Translations under genes and position numbers: made by a program | Part shown: piece by piece, positions 15,473-17,970 of the stretch | How the letters are laid out: every line of letters starts with the position of its first letter | Numbering within the stretch: position 1 is the first letter of the stretch | Source: a virus | Taxonomy: Duplodnaviria; Heunggongvirae; Uroviricota; Caudoviricetes | IMG/VR virus record: IMGVR_UViG_2648501130_000005 | Location: 1-17,970 of that record | Strand: one strand, 5' to 3' | Length of the DNA stretch: 17,970 nt | The notes under the pieces: generated by a model | Seen by the model: only the letters and a program-made list of their open reading frames with translations | What the model was told of the DNA's origin: nothing | Databases searched by the model: none

Positions 15473-16512
15473 AGGCTGAAGCATGGCGGGTCAGCAAACT
15501 TGGTGAAATACCTGATATAACGTTCGAGGAAGCGTGTGTCAGGTGGCTTGAAGAGAAAGCACATAAAAAATCACTGGACGATGACAAAAGCCGGATCGGA
15601 TTCTGGCTTCAACATTTCGCAGGAATGCAACTAAGAGACATTACTGAATCAAAAATTTATTCAGCAATGCAGAAAATGACGAACCGGCGTCATGAGGAAA
15701 ACTGGAAACTCAGGGCAGAAGCATGCAGAAAAAAAGGGAAACCTGTTCCAGAATACACGCCAAAACCAGCGTCCGTTGCAACGAAGGCTACGCATCTTTC
15801 ATTTATAAAGGCCCTACTAAGAGCCGCAGAGCGTGAATGGAAAATGCTGGATAAGGCACCAATTATTAAAGTGCCTCAACCAAAGAATAAACGGATCCGC
15901 TGGCTGGAGCCCCATGAAGCACAAAGGCTGATTGATGAATGTCCGGAGCCATTAAAGTCTGTTGTTGAATTTGCACTGGCAACAGGCTTAAGACGCTCGA
16001 ACATCATCAACCTTGAATGGCAACAAATAGATATGCAGCGCCGGGTGGCATGGATAAACCCAGAAGAGAGTAAATCAAACCGCGCAATCGGCGTTGCGCT
16101 GAATGATACTGCATGTCGCGTTTTGAAAAAACAAATCGGGAATCATCACCGTTGGGTATTTGTGTACAAGGAAAGCTGTACCAAACCAGACGGAACGAAA
16201 GCGCCAACAGTAAGGAAGATGCGGTATGACGCAAACACAGCCTGGAAAGCGGCGCTGAGACGGGCTGGTATTGATGATTTCAGATTTCACGACTTGAGAC
16301 ACACCTGGGCAAGTTGGCTGGTTCAAGCCGGAGTCCCGTTGTCAGTGTTACAGGAAATGGGAGGCTGGGAGTCTATCGAAATGGTTCGTCGATATGCTCA
16401 CCTTGCACCTAATCACCTTACCGAACACGCACGGCAAATAGACTCGATCCTGAACCCATCGGTCCCAAATTTGTCCCAGTCAAAAAATAAGGAAGGTACT
16501 AATGATGTGTAA
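15349..16512 (+). CDS. int: Tyrosine-recombinase phage integrase (P22-type, thrW-specific), 387 aa
   Basis: AGAGGAAAG upstream of the ATG. Catalytic HDLRHTW ... RYAHL motifs. Stops 14 nt before the tRNA-Thr 3' end. Confidence 0.9.
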   Translation: MSLFRRGEIWYASFTLPNGKRFKQSLGTKDKRQATELHDKLKAEAWRVSKLGEIPDITFEEACVRWLEEKAHKKSLDDDKSRIGFWLQHFAGMQLRDITESKIYSAMQKMTNRRHEENWKLRAEACRKKGKPVPEYTPKPASVATKATHLSFIKALLRAAEREWKMLDKAPIIKVPQPKNKRIRWLEPHEAQRLIDECPEPLKSVVEFALATGLRRSNIINLEWQQIDMQRRVAWINPEESKSNRAIGVALNDTACRVLKKQIGNHHRWVFVYKESCTKPDGTKAPTVRKMRYDANTAWKAALRRAGIDDFRFHDLRHTWASWLVQAGVPLSVLQEMGGWESIEMVRRYAHLAPNHLTEHARQIDSILNPSVPNLSQSKNKEGTNDV

Positions 16513-16526
16513 CTTATTGATTTAAA

Positions 16527-16602
16527 TGGTGCCGATAATAGGAGTCGAACCTACGACCTTCGCATTACGAATGCGCTGCTCTACCAACTGAGCTATATCG
16601 GC
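16527..16602 (-). tRNA. thrW: tRNA-Thr (anticodon CGU)
   Basis: Reverse complement reads GCCGATATAGCTCAGTTGGTAGAGCAGCGCATTCGTAATGCGAAGGTCGTAGGTTCGACTCCTATTATCGGCACCA: 7-bp acceptor stem, GTTCGA T-loop, anticodon loop with CGT, encoded CCA. Confidence 0.9.
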
Positions 16603-16716
16603 CCTGAAAGGACATGTTCACGAACGTGAATCACGGTGGACAAGGTTAAAACTAACCGGGCGATGCGTCAATGGCCTTGTGAATCAAATGGCTACTTTTG
16701 CATCACCCGGTTTTAT

Positions 16717-17970
16717 TTACGCACGAATGGTGTAATCACCAATACCGATCCACTTGTAAGTGGTCAGTGCTTCCAGCCCCATTGGGCCACGCGCGTGGAG
16801 TTTTTGTGTGCTTACCGCCACTTCCGCACCTAGTCCAAACTGGCCGCCGTCGGTAAAACGCGTAGAGGCGTTAACGTAAACAGCGGACGAATCCACTTCG
16901 TTAACAAAACGCTGGGCGTTGCGCATATCGCGGGTCAGGATCGCATCGGAGTGTTGTGTGCCGTGTTCACGAATATGGGCGATGGCATCGTCAAGATCAC
17001 TGACGATTTTGACGTTCAAATCTAATGACAGAAACTCATCGTCATACTCTTCCGCTTTAACAGCCACCACCTTCGCGGGGCCTGTCTGCAACTGCGCCAG
17101 CGCAGCTGCATCTGCGTGTAATGCCACGCCGCTTTCCTCCATTTGTTTGCTTAATGCGGGCAGGAAGCTATCGGCGATGTTTTTATTCACCAGCAACGTT
17201 TCTACCGTATTACATGTGCTCGGACGCTGAGTTTTCGCGTTGACGATCACTTTTAATGCTTCAGCAATCTCTACACTTTCATCAACATAAATATGGCATA
17301 CGCCTATACCACCTGTGATCACCGGGATCGTCGACTGTTCGCGGCACAGTTTATGCAAACCAGCGCCACCACGCGGGATCAGCATGTCGATGTATTTATC
17401 CATACGCAGCATTTCACTGACCAGCGCACGGTCAGGATTATCAATCGCCTGCACGGCACCCACCGGTAAGCCACAGGATTTCAGGGCGTCCTGAATCACC
17501 GCCACCGTTGCCGCGTTAGTGCGACAGGTTTCTTTACCGCCACGCAGAATCACTGCGTTACCGGTTTTCAGGCACAGCGAAGCGACATCAACCGTCACGT
17601 TCGGGCGCGCTTCATAAATCACGCCAATAACCCCCAGCGGTACGCGACGACGCTCAAGACGCAGGCCGCTGTCCAGTACGCTGCCATCGATTACCTGCCC
17701 CACCGGATCGGCGAGGTTACACACCTGGCGCACATCATCGGCAATGCCTTTCAGCCGTGCGGGCGTCAGTGCCAGACGGTCAAGCATCGCTTCGCCAAGG
17801 CCATTGGCACGCGCGTCAGCAACATCCTGGGCGTTAGCGTTGAGGATGATTTCGCTTTGTGCTTCCAGTTCATCGGCGATTTTTTCCAGCACGCGATTTT
17901 TTTCGCGGCTGGAGAGTTGCGCTAATTTATACGAGGCTTGCTTCGCGGCAATGCCCATTTGTTCCAGCAT
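16717..17970 (-). CDS. proA: Gamma-glutamyl phosphate reductase ProA (417 aa, host gene)
   Basis: Full-length ORF starting exactly at the window end; [40 protein letters not shown]... matches E. coli ProA as I recall it. Confidence 0.95.
   Translation of the reverse strand: MLEQMGIAAKQASYKLAQLSSREKNRVLEKIADELEAQSEIILNANAQDVADARANGLGEAMLDRLALTPARLKGIADDVRQVCNLADPVGQVIDGSVLDSGLRLERRRVPLGVIGVIYEARPNVTVDVASLCLKTGNAVILRGGKETCRTNAATVAVIQDALKSCGLPVGAVQAIDNPDRALVSEMLRMDKYIDMLIPRGGAGLHKLCREQSTIPVITGGIGVCHIYVDESVEIAEALKVIVNAKTQRPSTCNTVETLLVNKNIADSFLPALSKQMEESGVALHADAAALAQLQTGPAKVVAVKAEEYDDEFLSLDLNVKIVSDLDDAIAHIREHGTQHSDAILTRDMRNAQRFVNEVDSSAVYVNASTRFTDGGQFGLGAEVAVSTQKLHARGPMGLEALTTYKWIGIGDYTIRA

Larger units (their letters stand above)
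1..16560. mobile_element. Defective lambdoid prophage integrated at thrW (left end outside the window); late region largely deleted
   Basis: int/xis beside the tRNA 3' end, cI/cro switch, replication, nin and Q modules, then I and J remnants with no lysis, packaging or head genes between Q and I. Confidence 0.8.

Noticed and set aside
16640-16716. Imperfect inverted repeat CCGGGTGATGC...GCATCGCCCGG between proA and thrW as a proA terminator
   Set aside because: The arms have a mismatch and a ~35-nt loop with no clear U-run. This is host intergenic sequence that may hold the thrW promoter, but I cannot assign -35/-10 elements with confidence.
1-17970. Insertion sequences or transposase genes that could explain the deletions
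   Set aside because: No transposase-like ORF or terminal inverted repeats were seen; the junctions look like illegitimate-recombination scars.

Overview
The window is the int-proximal ~16.5 kb of a defective lambdoid prophage integrated at tRNA-Thr (thrW) beside host proA; the prophage continues past the window start. Reading right to left from the attachment site: thrW, P22-type integrase and excisionase, an early-left operon (YfdP/YfdQ-like proteins, an HD-domain hydrolase, a PAPS-reductase-like PP-loop protein), a convergent coiled-coil/zinc-ribbon moron, CI-like repressor, Cro-like regulator, a replication initiator with internal iterons, a PerC-like regulator, Dam-type methyltransferase, a LexA DNA-binding-domain-only protein, RusA, a KilA-N protein, a DUF968/HNH-like protein and antiterminator Q. 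Immediately after Q the usual late promoter, lysis, head and tail genes are absent. In their place is a visibly AT-rich ~2.4 kb module carrying a KAP-family P-loop NTPase and a small winged-helix protein, joined through a truncated methyltransferase fused in frame to the 3' part of a lambda I-like gene. A J-like/side-tail-fibre chimera then runs off the window start. All family assignments come from reading motifs and from recalled sequences, not from database searches. No CRISPR array, rRNA or transposase was seen. The strongest candidates for new biology are the KAP NTPase island, the moron next to cI, the LexA-DBD-only protein and the HD plus PP-loop pair.
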